Below, piece by piece: positions 1 through 10,081 of a stretch of DNA of 64,000 bases (the stretch's first letter is position 1; each line of letters opens with the position of its first letter). Source of the DNA: an uncultured Bacteroidota bacterium (GTDB lineage: Bacteria > Bacteroidota > Bacteroidia > UBA7662 > CAMTUB01); contig CAMTUB010000028.1 in the NCBI GenBank assembly GCA_947084835.1, positions 26,227 through 90,226 on the forward strand. Reading direction: 5' to 3'. A program made the position numbers and the translations under genes. The notes below the pieces were generated by a model. The model was not told the DNA's origin and did not search any database. It worked only from the letters and a program-made list of their open reading frames with translations.

Positions 1-1692
1 GAACTGGCAAACGCTTTAAAAAACAAAGCAGAATTTGCAACAAACATTGGTTTGAGGAACTTCGAAACGAATTTATTATTAAGTAGTAATGCTGACCTTT
101 TGGGAAAAGAATTGCTTAACATGCGCGATAACCTCAGGAATGCTGAAAACCGCCTACTTTATGCCTATAATATCACAGGGCTAGGAAGTTGGGAGTGCTA
201 TATGAACGATGGTGCATTCTTTAATTCAAACAATTCTTTAAAAATACTTTCATTCCCTGGAAATGATATTCCATCAGATTTAAATTTCAAAAAACTAATT
301 CATAACGATGACTTATTGTTTTTTGTAACGTTGATGAATAAAATTATCCGTACAGGTAAAACTGCACGAACAGATGTAAGGCTTTTAGTTGGAGATAAAT
401 ATAAATTCATACAAATTGTTGGAAATCCACTACTAGATTTCGAAGGAAAAACTATTGGATTGCACGGAACCTTATTAGATATTGACCAACGCAAACTTGT
501 CGAAAATGAACTTCGAAATGCAAAAGAACAAGCAGAGTTAGCCAATAATGCAAAAACGAGTTTCTTGTCAACCATGAGTCATGAAATTCGAACTCCATTA
601 AATGCCATACTAGGTTTTTCACAGCTTCTTGAAAAGTCTGACATTTCTGATTCAGACAAAGAAAATATTGAATCGGTTAAAAAGAGCGCTGAAAAACTGC
701 TTGCAATAATTAATGAAATCTTAGATTTTGCCAAAGTGCAGTCAGGCACCATATCAATCCGTAAGAAAACATTTAGACTAAAAACAATTGTTGGAGAAAT
801 TCATAAAATGCTTAGCCTTCAAGCGGCTGACCGGAACATTGAATTTAATGTAAATTTTGACGAAAACATCCCTGAATATTTAGACGGTGACCCGTTAAGG
901 CTTTCACAAATCTTAATAAATTTATGTACAAACTCAATAAAGTTTACGCATAAAGGGCATGTTACTGTTAATATTTTATTAGAGAATATGAATGAAGCTT
1001 TTGTATCTCTTACCTTTAAAATTGAGGATACAGGAATCGGAATTCCACCAGAAAAATTAAACACAGTTTTTGAAAGCTTTACACAAGTACAAACAGATAG
1101 CACCCGAGAATATAGTGGTACAGGCTTAGGTTTGCCGATTTCTAAAGGTTTGGTTGATCTCATGAACGGCTCAATAGAGCTTGAAAGCGAAGTAAATAAA
1201 GGATCAACCTTTATTGTTCATTTAACATTTGCGCAAACTGAAAGTGGAACTGAGTTAAAAACACTTCCACTACCAAAATGGAATATTGAAACCCTTAGGC
1301 AAAAATCTTTTTTATTGGTTGAAGACAATCTTATCAATCAGCTTTTAATGAAGCAAATTTTCAGTAAACACAATTTGAAACTCCATATAGTTTCAAACGG
1401 TTTAGAGGGTGTGCATTACTTAAGAGAACATGTTGTCGACCTTGTTTTTATGGATCTTCACATGCCAATTATGGATGGGTATGAGGCACTAAACCAGATT
1501 CGAAAATTAGATAAAGCCATTTTAAACCCCAATGTTCCTGTAATAGCCCTTACTGCAGATGCGTATTACGAAACACGCGCTCATGCTATTGAAATGGGCA
1601 TGAATGATTTTATTACCAAGCCCTTTATCATCAACGATGTTTTTGAAAAGGCTACCAAATTGTTGTTACATAAGCAAAATTCGGTTTCTTAA
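1..1692 (+). CDS. hybrid sensor histidine kinase/response regulator (PAS-HisKA-HATPase_c-REC); 5' end probably cut by the window edge
   Basis: The frame is open from nt 1, with no stop before the TTG at 52. H-box SHEIRTPLNAILGF, N-box LINLCTNSIKFT, G-boxes EDTGIGI and GTGLGL. A receiver domain follows (LLVEDNLINQ, DLVFMDLHMPIMDG, ITKP). Confidence 0.85.
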   Translation, partial: ELANALKNKAEFATNIGLRNFETNLLLSSNADLLGKELLNMRDNLRNAENRLLYAYNITGLGSWECYMNDGAFFNSNNSLKILSFPGNDIPSDLNFKKLIHNDDLLFFVTLMNKIIRTGKTARTDVRLLVGDKYKFIQIVGNPLLDFEGKTIGLHGTLLDIDQRKLVENELRNAKEQAELANNAKTSFLSTMSHEIRTPLNAILGFSQLLEKSDISDSDKENIESVKKSAEKLLAIINEILDFAKVQSGTISIRKKTFRLKTIVGEIHKMLSLQAADRNIEFNVNFDENIPEYLDGDPLRLSQILINLCTNSIKFTHKGHVTVNILLENMNEAFVSLTFKIEDTGIGIPPEKLNTVFESFTQVQTDSTREYSGTGLGLPISKGLVDLMNGSIELESEVNKGSTFIVHLTFAQTESGTELKTLPLPKWNIETLRQKSFLLVEDNLINQLLMKQIFSKHNLKLHIVSNGLEGVHYLREHVVDLVFMDLHMPIMDGYEALNQIRKLDKAILNPNVPVIALTADAYYETRAHAIEMGMNDFITKPFIINDVFEKATKLLLHKQNSVS

Positions 1693-4600
1693 ACGCTCAT
1701 CCATTCGGAAAAAAGCTGATAAGAAAAATCGATATTTCCAACTCCCTGAATTTCCAATTGTACTGTTTTATTTTTTTGGATTAGCTTCGATTTATTTGGG
1801 TTGTTTTTAACATACTCTAAAATATTTCCAAAGATATCTCCAGTAAAATAGCGTTCATTATCGCCCGAAATAAATGTGGCTTTTAGAACATTGTTTTTCA
1901 ATATCACTTTTTCAAATCCTACTTTCTGAGCAATCCAACGTAGTTTTACAGCATTAAACAGATTGGCTACGCTGGTAGGTAATGGACCAAATCTATCTTC
2001 CAGTTGAGTTCCGAAATTAGCTAAAGCATCCTCACTGTTTAAATTATCTAGCTCCATGTAAAGAGCCAAACGTTCTTGAGTACTGGTTACATATTTGTCG
2101 GGGATGAGCGCTTCTATGTCGGTATCAACCAAGCAATCTGAAGCCCACGATTTATTCAGTTCTTCTTCATAAACCCCAGCAAACTCGTTTTCTTTCAGTT
2201 CTCGAACGGCTTCATCTAAAATTTTATGGAACATCTCGAAGCCAATATCGCTCATAAATCCACTTTGCTCTGAGCCCAATAAATTACCTGCTCCTCGTAT
2301 GTCTAAATCGCGCATGGCAACCTGGAAACCGGAGCCCAACTCGTTAAATTGCTCTATGGTTTGCAGCCTTTTCAGAGCGTCTGTAGTTAACGTTGATATT
2401 TCAGGAGTAACTAAATAGCAAAACGCTTTGCGGTTGCTACGGCCAACTCTGCCCCGCATTTGATGTAGGTCTGAAAGTCCAAAGTTTTGCGCTTGATTTA
2501 TGATAATGGTGTTTGCATTGGCTATATCTAATCCGGATTCGATGATATTGGTAGAAACCATAACATCAAAATCGCCTTGGATAAAAGATAGCATTACATC
2601 TTCTAGCTCAGAGCCTTGCATTTGACCGTGCGCCACTTTTACCGAAACTCCCGGACAAAGTTTTGAAATCATATCGGCCATTTCCTGAATGTTCTTTACG
2701 CGATTATGTACGAAAAAAACTTGTCCACCTCTGCTCACTTCAAATTGAATTGCATCGCGGATTTTATCTTCATCCATTACTACCAATTCCGTTTCTATGG
2801 GTTGGCGGTTAGGAGGAGGTGTATTTATGATGCTCAAATCGCGCGAGCCCATCAACGAAAACTGCAATGTTCTGGGAATAGGAGTTGCGGTTAAAGTAAG
2901 AGTATCAACATTTACGCGCAACTCGCGTAGTTTCTCTTTTATGCTAACGCCAAACTTTTGTTCCTCGTCAATAATTAGCAAACCCAAGTCTTTAAAAACT
3001 ACATTTTTACTTGCTAAACCGTGGGTTCCGATTATTATATCCACTTTTCCTTCGGCTAATTTGGCTAAGACTTTCTTTTGTTCTCCTGCACTTTTAAATC
3101 GATTTATGTACTCGATATTGCACGGAAAATCTTTTAATCGCTCAGAAAATGATTTGAAATGCTGATATGCCAAAATGGTTGTTGGCACTAAAACAGCTAC
3201 TTGTTTGCTGTCACAAACCGCTTTAAAAGCGGCTCGAATGGCAACTTCGGTTTTGCCAAAACCAACATCGCCACAAACCAACCTATCCATAGGATAGGGT
3301 TTTTCCATATCTGCTTTAGCTGCATTTGCAGCCTTTAGCTGATCGGGAGTATCCTCATACATAAACGAAGCTTCTAGCTCCATTTGCAAATACGAATCGG
3401 GCGTAAAAGAATATCCATCGGTAGCTTTTCGCTTTGCATACAGAAGTATCAACTCCGTAGCAATGTCTTTGATTTTAGATTTTGTTTTGCGTTTTAACCT
3501 GTCCCATGCATCGCTTCCAAGCTTATTTAGCTTAGGTGCAGTGCCATCGCCTGAGCTAAATTTGGCAATTTTATGCAACGAGTTAATACCAACATAAAGT
3601 ATGTCGTTGTCTTTATAAAAAATACGTACAGACTCTTGCTGCTTCCCGTTTATATTCAGTCGTTCTAACCCATCGAAACGGCCCACACCGTGGTCGATAT
3701 GCACTACAAAATCTCCTTTACGGAGCTCTTTTAATTCTTTTAGGGTTAAGGCTTGGCTTTTCTCTTTATGGTCATTTAGCTTGTATTTATGAAACCTGCT
3801 AAACAATTGATGATCTGTAAATGCCGCAATTTTTAAATCGTGGTCAATAAAACCCTCATGCAAAGTCATATTTACAGGTGTAAACTGCACATCCGATCTA
3901 AGATCCTTAAAAATGCTTTTTAGCCTTTCGGCTTGTTTTGTATTTGATGTTAGAAGTAAATTTTGATATCCATCGGCATCATTCTTTTTTACTAATTCAA
4001 TCAAATAATTAAAATTCTTATTGATGGATGGCTGTGGACTCGAATTAAAAGCAATATTTTCTTGGGTTTGAAAAGTATTGCTTGAGTCGATAATAAAATG
4101 TTTTCTTGCATTTATCAACTCAAAAAAACGAATTTCATTATCGAAACTTTGCGTTAACGAACCCAACGATGAATTAGAATCTGAATTAAATTTGCTTGAA
4201 TAAACCTCAACAGCATTTATCAATTTGCGAATATCGTCTCTTATAAGGCTGGGCTCTTTAATCCAAACTAGTGTATCGGGTTGGATAAATTCAAGTAACG
4301 ATTCTCGGGCTTCGAAAGCTAAATGTTTGTTGATATTAGGCAACAATGCAAATGAAGCCACAGAATCAACCGATAGTTGCGTTTCTGGATCAAAGGTTCG
4401 AATCGATTCAACTTCATCGCCTAAAAATTCTATTCGGTAAGGTAAATCGTTGGTAAATGAAAATACATCTACAATGCCTCCGCGTACCGAAAACGTTCCC
4501 GGTTCAAAAACAAAATCAACCCTCTCAAATTCGTAAGAAATCAGTACTTCAAAAAGGAAGTCGGTATTTAAATGGCTGGACACTTGAATATCAACAACGT

Positions 4601-5066
4601 GCTGTTTTAAAGCAGCTTTATTTACAACCTTTTCAGCAATAGCCTCTGCGTATGTAACTACAAGTAACTTTTGCAGGTCGTGCGAAATCGCATTTAAAAC
4701 TTCAGCACGCATTAAAGCATTGCCGTTATTTTCTACGCCAAGGGTAAAGGGTTTTTTGTTTACCGATGGGAAAAAATATACTTTTTGATTAGGCAAAAAT
4801 GCTTCTAAATCGTTTAGCAAATAGGCGGCTTCTTCTCTATCTGCAACAATTACAATTTGATGCCTTTTGTTTGAATCATTTTTTGTACTAGAAATTATAG
4901 TGCTTAATAAACTCCCACAAACACCCAAAAGCTTTACGGAGTTTGGACCAGACTCATCTGAAATTATTTGTTGAATTCGGTTAATGTTTTCCGATAAAGC
5001 ATACTTCTCTCGTAAAATCTGAGGCGTAACTAGCTGTTGAAATTCTTGGTTTTCGTTTTCTTCCAC
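1689..5066 (-). CDS. mfd: transcription-repair coupling factor Mfd
   Basis: 1125-aa ORF. CarD-like segment GDFVVHIDHGVGRF, Walker A GDVGFGKTEVAIRAAF, DEEQKFGV box, motif VI QMRGRVGRS. Size is typical of Mfd. GTG start at 5066. Confidence 0.95.
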   Translation of the reverse strand: MEENENQEFQQLVTPQILREKYALSENINRIQQIISDESGPNSVKLLGVCGSLLSTIISSTKNDSNKRHQIVIVADREEAAYLLNDLEAFLPNQKVYFFPSVNKKPFTLGVENNGNALMRAEVLNAISHDLQKLLVVTYAEAIAEKVVNKAALKQHVVDIQVSSHLNTDFLFEVLISYEFERVDFVFEPGTFSVRGGIVDVFSFTNDLPYRIEFLGDEVESIRTFDPETQLSVDSVASFALLPNINKHLAFEARESLLEFIQPDTLVWIKEPSLIRDDIRKLINAVEVYSSKFNSDSNSSLGSLTQSFDNEIRFFELINARKHFIIDSSNTFQTQENIAFNSSPQPSINKNFNYLIELVKKNDADGYQNLLLTSNTKQAERLKSIFKDLRSDVQFTPVNMTLHEGFIDHDLKIAAFTDHQLFSRFHKYKLNDHKEKSQALTLKELKELRKGDFVVHIDHGVGRFDGLERLNINGKQQESVRIFYKDNDILYVGINSLHKIAKFSSGDGTAPKLNKLGSDAWDRLKRKTKSKIKDIATELILLYAKRKATDGYSFTPDSYLQMELEASFMYEDTPDQLKAANAAKADMEKPYPMDRLVCGDVGFGKTEVAIRAAFKAVCDSKQVAVLVPTTILAYQHFKSFSERLKDFPCNIEYINRFKSAGEQKKVLAKLAEGKVDIIIGTHGLASKNVVFKDLGLLIIDEEQKFGVSIKEKLRELRVNVDTLTLTATPIPRTLQFSLMGSRDLSIINTPPPNRQPIETELVVMDEDKIRDAIQFEVSRGGQVFFVHNRVKNIQEMADMISKLCPGVSVKVAHGQMQGSELEDVMLSFIQGDFDVMVSTNIIESGLDIANANTIIINQAQNFGLSDLHQMRGRVGRSNRKAFCYLVTPEISTLTTDALKRLQTIEQFNELGSGFQVAMRDLDIRGAGNLLGSEQSGFMSDIGFEMFHKILDEAVRELKENEFAGVYEEELNKSWASDCLVDTDIEALIPDKYVTSTQERLALYMELDNLNSEDALANFGTQLEDRFGPLPTSVANLFNAVKLRWIAQKVGFEKVILKNNVLKATFISGDNERYFTGDIFGNILEYVKNNPNKSKLIQKNKTVQLEIQGVGNIDFSYQLFSEWMSV

Positions 5067-5074
5067 TGATGATG

Positions 5075-5082
5075 CAAAGATA
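5075..5082 (-). promoter_or_regulatory. candidate Bacteroidota -7 promoter box (TAtcTTTG) upstream of mfd
   Basis: The reverse complement of caaagata is tatctttg, which matches TAnnTTTG. It lies only 8 nt from the GTG start, so it implies a near-leaderless transcript or is a chance match. Confidence 0.3.
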
Positions 5083-5090
5083 GAAAAAGC

Positions 5091-5735
5091 TTATTGCTTT
5101 GTGCCAAAAGCTAAATCTCCTGCATCTCCTAATCCAGGAACAATGTATGATTTTGCAGTAAGTTCTTTATCCACAGCACCAATAATTATGCGTGCTTCAG
5201 GCATTTGTTTACGTACATAATCAACTCCCTGTTCGCTCCCTATTGCGGCTGCAACATATACTTTAGAAGGTTTTCCGTGTGCTAACAACGCTTTGTAACA
5301 TAAAACCATCGAAGCTCCGGTAGCAATCATTGGATCGCATAAAATCAGAACTCTGCCTTCTAAATTTGGGCAAGAAACGTATTCAACTTTTATCTCAAAT
5401 TGATGGTCTTTATGATGCATGCGATAAGCGGATATGAATGCCGAATCGGCACCATCAAAATAATTTACAACTCCTTGATGCAAAGGCAATCCAGCTCTCA
5501 AGACGGTTGCAACAACGGGTTCTTCAGCATGCAAAAAAGTATCTGCATTTCCAAGTGGAGATTGTATTTGGGCAGGAATATACTCTAACTTTTTGCTGAT
5601 TTCGTAGGCAATAATTTCGCCAATGCGTTCAAGATTTCTATTAAAACGCATTCTGTCTTTTTGAATAACTACATCTCTAATTTCAGCTATAAACCTATTA
5701 CAAACTGAGTTCTGTTTATCGATTATGGTTATCAT
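5091..5735 (-). CDS. upp: uracil phosphoribosyltransferase
   Basis: PRPP-binding motif LILCDPMIATGAS and C-terminal YIVPGLGDAGDLAFGTK. Start placed at the second ATG (MITIIDKQ); the ORF is open to 5765. Confidence 0.9.
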   Translation of the reverse strand: MITIIDKQNSVCNRFIAEIRDVVIQKDRMRFNRNLERIGEIIAYEISKKLEYIPAQIQSPLGNADTFLHAEEPVVATVLRAGLPLHQGVVNYFDGADSAFISAYRMHHKDHQFEIKVEYVSCPNLEGRVLILCDPMIATGASMVLCYKALLAHGKPSKVYVAAAIGSEQGVDYVRKQMPEARIIIGAVDKELTAKSYIVPGLGDAGDLAFGTKQ

Positions 5736-5771
5736 GAGATTATTTGTAAGTGGAAAGATAAGCAAGCATTT

Positions 5772-6719
5772 TTACTTTCCTGAATCTTTCATATTTTCTG
5801 TTTTCTGCTTAAAGTATTTTAGCACTTTGCCCACAAAAGTGGCGTGTTTTACATTCCAATAAATATCCGCTTTTGCACCAAATCCTCTGTAAAACCGGGC
5901 TACGCCTTCTACCATAGATCCTTCAAAATCTATCCTTTGTGTTGTTCCTGAATGTTTTTTAATCATTTCATTCACTACAAAAAATGATGCTTTCAAAAGC
6001 TTTCCCTTGCTAGAGCTTGATGGCAAAAGGTAAATAATTCGGTTTTTAAATTTAAACCAAAGTACGGTACATAGCAATTCATCTTCAAAAAAAACACCTT
6101 GAGGAATCACTTCAATATGATTTGCAGCTTGTTCTACAATTTGTTTAATCTTGGAAAGATCGTCTTCATTTAAAAGTTCTTTACCTTTATTTTTAAGTAA
6201 AAAACTTACGCAATCGTTTATAGTAACTGATTTAATTACGAGATTGAAGTTTTGTACTTGGCGTAAATTTCTTTGGTGATTGGTTTCGAAGTGCGATGCT
6301 AGTTCAGGATAAGTACTTGATAAATCCAACGTATAATTTATCCTTTCAGTGCATTTCCAATTTAAAGGCGAAGTATTCGTGAAGTTCAAATGGTAGTCTA
6401 AAAGACAATGCCTATTCTTGATTTTCTTAAAAAACTTGTCTACTATCCGCTGATCTGGATTATTAATGCCCAAAACACCTAATTGTTGGGTAAAAATTGG
6501 CTGTAACATCCATCTACAAGTATATTTTGTCTTTTCAGGTAATGGAAAAATATATTGATAATCGGATAGCACTAAAGCATTCCACCCTGGTGAAACTATA
6601 TCTAACCACCATGAAAAAGCATACGGCATTTCAACTATACTGTTTTGTACAATTTCATCCCACTTTTTACGATCAATTTTATTATGTAATACCCTTCGTA
6701 CCCTGTTCACTTTTATCAA
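5772..6719 (-). CDS. FemAB/BioF2-like GNAT-fold acetyltransferase family protein, function unknown
   Basis: 315-aa ORF. The C-terminal FEGSMVEGVARFYRGFGAKADIYW resembles the G..G...FK..fGa signature of the PF13480-type acetyltransferase fold. Recognised from memory only. Confidence 0.45.
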   Translation of the reverse strand: MIKVNRVRRVLHNKIDRKKWDEIVQNSIVEMPYAFSWWLDIVSPGWNALVLSDYQYIFPLPEKTKYTCRWMLQPIFTQQLGVLGINNPDQRIVDKFFKKIKNRHCLLDYHLNFTNTSPLNWKCTERINYTLDLSSTYPELASHFETNHQRNLRQVQNFNLVIKSVTINDCVSFLLKNKGKELLNEDDLSKIKQIVEQAANHIEVIPQGVFFEDELLCTVLWFKFKNRIIYLLPSSSSKGKLLKASFFVVNEMIKKHSGTTQRIDFEGSMVEGVARFYRGFGAKADIYWNVKHATFVGKVLKYFKQKTENMKDSGK

Positions 6720-8028
6720 TAGCGTTTTTAATCATTGTTCTATAAACACGGCTCCAGTTTCCCCATTCACCAAAGTCGCTTACAGAATTATTATGCCACA
6801 AAGGTACAAAAACCCCCTTTACGTTTTTTACCTCTTGAATGATTTGAATTAACAGTTGACATGATTCTTCTATATTAAATTTTAAATAATTTTTGAAAGT
6901 TCCATCCATAACGCATGTTGGGTAAATTTTTAAGGAGGTCTTTTTTTCGTAGTCTAAATCGTAAAAATAAAAAGCGCTTGCAATTCCTGCCCTAAATCCT
7001 GGAAACCCTGCATATACCAACGAATAATCCTCTAAAATATCTAGGTTTATTAAATTTTGATAAGTGCCCGGCAGTTTTAGTTTAAGATAATGTTGCCTGC
7101 TTTTTGCAATTGGCCTGTGGAGAATTTCGCTTAATTTTTTAATTTCTGCATTAAGTAAGTTATGGTCTGAATTAGATGCATAAGATGGATGAATTCCTAC
7201 TTCGCAATGGTCTGCAACTGCTTTAATAATTTCTCTAAATCGCGGGTTATGGTTGCTAATAGCATTGTCGAAACCACCATAATCTCCCATCAAAAAAAAG
7301 AAAATAGGTTTGACTTTATAGGATAACAACTCCTCAATTAACATTTCAAAGGTTTCGTAAGGGTCAGTTTCCTTTGCATTTATTATTCTCCACTTATATA
7401 AGAACATTTGTTTATCGGCATTTTTCAAACTACCAAGAAGACTTAAAATTATTCGATCTAGTGGTTTGTATTTAATAAAAAAGGCATCATCTACATCGAA
7501 AGTTGGCAAAAATTTATACTCTGCTTCAGGTGTCAAAAAGCCAACAAATGTGTTCTTTAAATGGGTATCAAGCTCAATAGCCCAATAATTAACCACGGGT
7601 TTCATAAGAAAACCATACCGCCAAGCAATGCTTTCGGTATGCAAATATCGATCGTGCTTATCGGTACGATGCGGTAAGTATTCTTCGTAGCGAGAAACCA
7701 GATAAAAGGTAGCCGCAAAAATATCAAACCCTAAAACTGGAGTTCTTGTATTTATAAAAAGCTTGGGAATGTCGGTAGTTCTATCTACCTCAATTTCAAC
7801 TTCTCTAATACCGGTTTCGAATAAAATATCTTCAGGTCTTATTAGGATTGCGTTTTCGAATAATTGCTCTGAATATGCAATTTTAGGACCTTCGTAACTT
7901 TGGAATTCTCTTTTATTGGTAGTAATAGAATATCCGCAATTTAAAATATCAACAAAAATTACATCTAATGCGAACAATAAACGTGGACTTATTTGATGAC
8001 TAAATATTTTAAGTATTCCATTACTCAT
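6682..8028 (-). CDS. polysaccharide deacetylase-like family protein
   Basis: 448-aa ORF. The segment EVGIHPSYASNSDHNLL...AKSRQHYLKL resembles the NodB-fold deacetylase His motifs. It overlaps the downstream acetyltransferase-like gene by 38 nt. Confidence 0.45.
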   Translation of the reverse strand: MSNGILKIFSHQISPRLLFALDVIFVDILNCGYSITTNKREFQSYEGPKIAYSEQLFENAILIRPEDILFETGIREVEIEVDRTTDIPKLFINTRTPVLGFDIFAATFYLVSRYEEYLPHRTDKHDRYLHTESIAWRYGFLMKPVVNYWAIELDTHLKNTFVGFLTPEAEYKFLPTFDVDDAFFIKYKPLDRIILSLLGSLKNADKQMFLYKWRIINAKETDPYETFEMLIEELLSYKVKPIFFFLMGDYGGFDNAISNHNPRFREIIKAVADHCEVGIHPSYASNSDHNLLNAEIKKLSEILHRPIAKSRQHYLKLKLPGTYQNLINLDILEDYSLVYAGFPGFRAGIASAFYFYDLDYEKKTSLKIYPTCVMDGTFKNYLKFNIEESCQLLIQIIQEVKNVKGVFVPLWHNNSVSDFGEWGNWSRVYRTMIKNAIDKSEQGTKGIT

Positions 8029-8054
8029 GCTGCAATTTTAGTTCAAAAAACAAT

Positions 8055-10001
8055 TTAGTGGGTAACAATTATTTTATGGAACCAAATGTAGCCGTCTGCA
8101 ATGGTTTTTAATACATAAACTCCTCTCGAAAGCGTACTGATATCTATTTCGGTTACGTATTTATCAGACTGAATGTTTGAACTCGTATTCAACTTACCAT
8201 CCAATGAATACAATGCAAAAAACTTATTTTCTGCTGTAAAAGGTATGGATACATTTATTTTTGAAGATGCAGGATTTGGGTAAACTAACGGTTGGTCAAC
8301 CAAGCTTTTAAATGATGTTTTTCCAGCTAAAATCCATAAGTCAGGATCAAAAGAAACTGAATCGGGTTTAAATGGCAGCTTTATTTCAACTAATTGCTGC
8401 TTTATAGTATTAAAAATGCGCGCATCGAAATGCTGACCGCTTTGTTTGTTATAAAACCTTACTGGCAGATGCATCTCATAAAAAGGTGTTTTTGCGTTTA
8501 TTGTTTGCTGATCAATTAAAACCAATGCGCTGTTATCTTCAAATTTCGTGCTCAATGTATATGTTGGATACCCTTCGCCATAAAGCCATTGGTTAAAAAA
8601 CTGCGTTAAGTCTTTACCAGAAGCGGCCTCTAAATGCGTTTTTAGGGCAAGAGTTGATGCAAAATTATAAGCCAATTTTGGGTCATTCAAATACATTTTC
8701 AGGGCCGAAAAGAGTATTTCATCGCCCAATTCCCAACGTAGCATATGTAAAATCAGGCTTCCCTTTCTGTACGTTAAATTATAATTGAACAGCGATCCTA
8801 CATTTAAGGTATCAGACCTGTAAACCGACCCATTTTCCTCTTCTAATACAGATTCGATGGTATTTTTTTTCCAAATCGGCCACCAAATTCCGTTTAATAA
8901 GCGCTCGTAACACAAGCCCGAACTCCATGTTGCAAAACCTTCGTTAAGCCATAAATCAGCCCACGAAGAGCAGGTAACTTTATCGCCAAACCATTGGTGC
9001 GCTAACTCATGGCTTAGCAATTCGAATTGCAGATTGTACATGAAGCTAATGGTTTGATGCTCCATTCCTCCGCCCCATAAAAACTGCGCATGACCGTATT
9101 TTTCTGTATTAAATGGATACGTTCCGAACAGATATTCATACAACGAAAAAATGGATCGAAACTCTTTAAATTGATCTACCCATTCGGTTTTTGAATTCTG
9201 ATAAACGTAATTATCAACTTGCATTATTTGATTACCCGAAGAAATGGTATCAGAAAACACTTCGTATTGAGCAACCGCAATAGCAAAAAGATAATGAGCT
9301 ATGGGGGAAATCGATTTCCAAGTGTATGTTTTGGTGGTTAATGTTGAATCTAAATTTATCAGTAATCCATTTGAAACGGCAATATTCTCTTTGGGTACCG
9401 TAATGTGTACGGTAAACGAATCCACTTTATCGTTCAAATCTTGTTTACATGGCCACCATTCGTAAGATCCATACGGTTCTGACAATGTCCATAAAACGGG
9501 ATTCCGAGAAACTGTGTCTTCCATTCCAATTTCAAATGATCCAAAGCCCGATGCGCTCGTTGGAATGCCTTCATAAGAAATCGAAATGCTATCCAATTGG
9601 TCTTTTAGAATTGATTGTGGCAAATCAATTTTAAGCACATTGTTTGCCTGAATTCCTGAAATAACAGCATTATGATACCGAATTTCAACAACATGCAGTG
9701 AGTCTGAAAAATCAAGCCTAACTTGATTTAAATTCGCCAATGCTTTAAAATTATACGTTATCCTGCCAGAAATAAATTTAATTGACGGATCTAAATCCAC
9801 AAACATTTCAAAACTCAGAAGGTCTGCTTCGTGCCAAAGTGCATTACTTATGGCATTCTGCTGTATTTTGAAACTGGGTAGACTTGTTTTTCCTTTCTTG
9901 CACGCATAAAACATTGGCCCTTTACTTTCGGAAGCATTTTGTGCCCATGAAAAACAATGAGTTACTAAAAAAAGTAGCAAAAAAGCAATTCTTCTAACCA
10001 T
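8055..10001 (-). CDS. M1-family zinc aminopeptidase with T9SS type-A C-terminal sorting domain
   Basis: HELAHQWFGD (HEXXH) with downstream WLNEGFATW glutamate. Signal peptide MVRRIAFLLLFLVTHCFSWAQ. C-terminal ~80 aa has Por-secretion-tail character (VYPNPASSKINVS...GVYVLKTIADGYIWFHKIIVTH). Alternative starts at 10019 and 10070. Confidence 0.85.
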   Translation of the reverse strand: MVRRIAFLLLFLVTHCFSWAQNASESKGPMFYACKKGKTSLPSFKIQQNAISNALWHEADLLSFEMFVDLDPSIKFISGRITYNFKALANLNQVRLDFSDSLHVVEIRYHNAVISGIQANNVLKIDLPQSILKDQLDSISISYEGIPTSASGFGSFEIGMEDTVSRNPVLWTLSEPYGSYEWWPCKQDLNDKVDSFTVHITVPKENIAVSNGLLINLDSTLTTKTYTWKSISPIAHYLFAIAVAQYEVFSDTISSGNQIMQVDNYVYQNSKTEWVDQFKEFRSIFSLYEYLFGTYPFNTEKYGHAQFLWGGGMEHQTISFMYNLQFELLSHELAHQWFGDKVTCSSWADLWLNEGFATWSSGLCYERLLNGIWWPIWKKNTIESVLEEENGSVYRSDTLNVGSLFNYNLTYRKGSLILHMLRWELGDEILFSALKMYLNDPKLAYNFASTLALKTHLEAASGKDLTQFFNQWLYGEGYPTYTLSTKFEDNSALVLIDQQTINAKTPFYEMHLPVRFYNKQSGQHFDARIFNTIKQQLVEIKLPFKPDSVSFDPDLWILAGKTSFKSLVDQPLVYPNPASSKINVSIPFTAENKFFALYSLDGKLNTSSNIQSDKYVTEIDISTLSRGVYVLKTIADGYIWFHKIIVTH

Positions 10002-10035
10002 ATAATAAAAGTACCTCATTATACGTAAAAAATTG

Positions 10036-10043
10036 TAATTTTG
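10036..10043 (+). promoter_or_regulatory. candidate -7 promoter box (TAatTTTG) for ahcY
   Basis: Exact match to the Bacteroidota sigma-A -7 consensus TAnnTTTG, 38 nt upstream of the ahcY ATG. Confidence 0.5.
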
Positions 10044-10081
10044 CACCTGTTTTATAACCAACAATATCAATCAACCAGATA

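Noticed and set aside
2706-4642. Short plus-strand ORFs nested inside mfd (2706-2894, 2797-3165, 4225-4440, 4457-4642). Similar nested ORFs occur inside other long genes, for example 300-575, 819-1163, 13570-13797, 15014-15391, 51539-51841 and 61847-62110.
   Set aside because: They lie antisense or out of frame within genes that have strong motif support. They have low-complexity or unrecognisable translations and no independent start context.
10002-10081. SAH-type riboswitch or other leader element upstream of ahcY.
   Set aside because: Only about 40 nt separate the -7 box from the ATG. This is too short for a riboswitch, and no conserved structured motif is visible.
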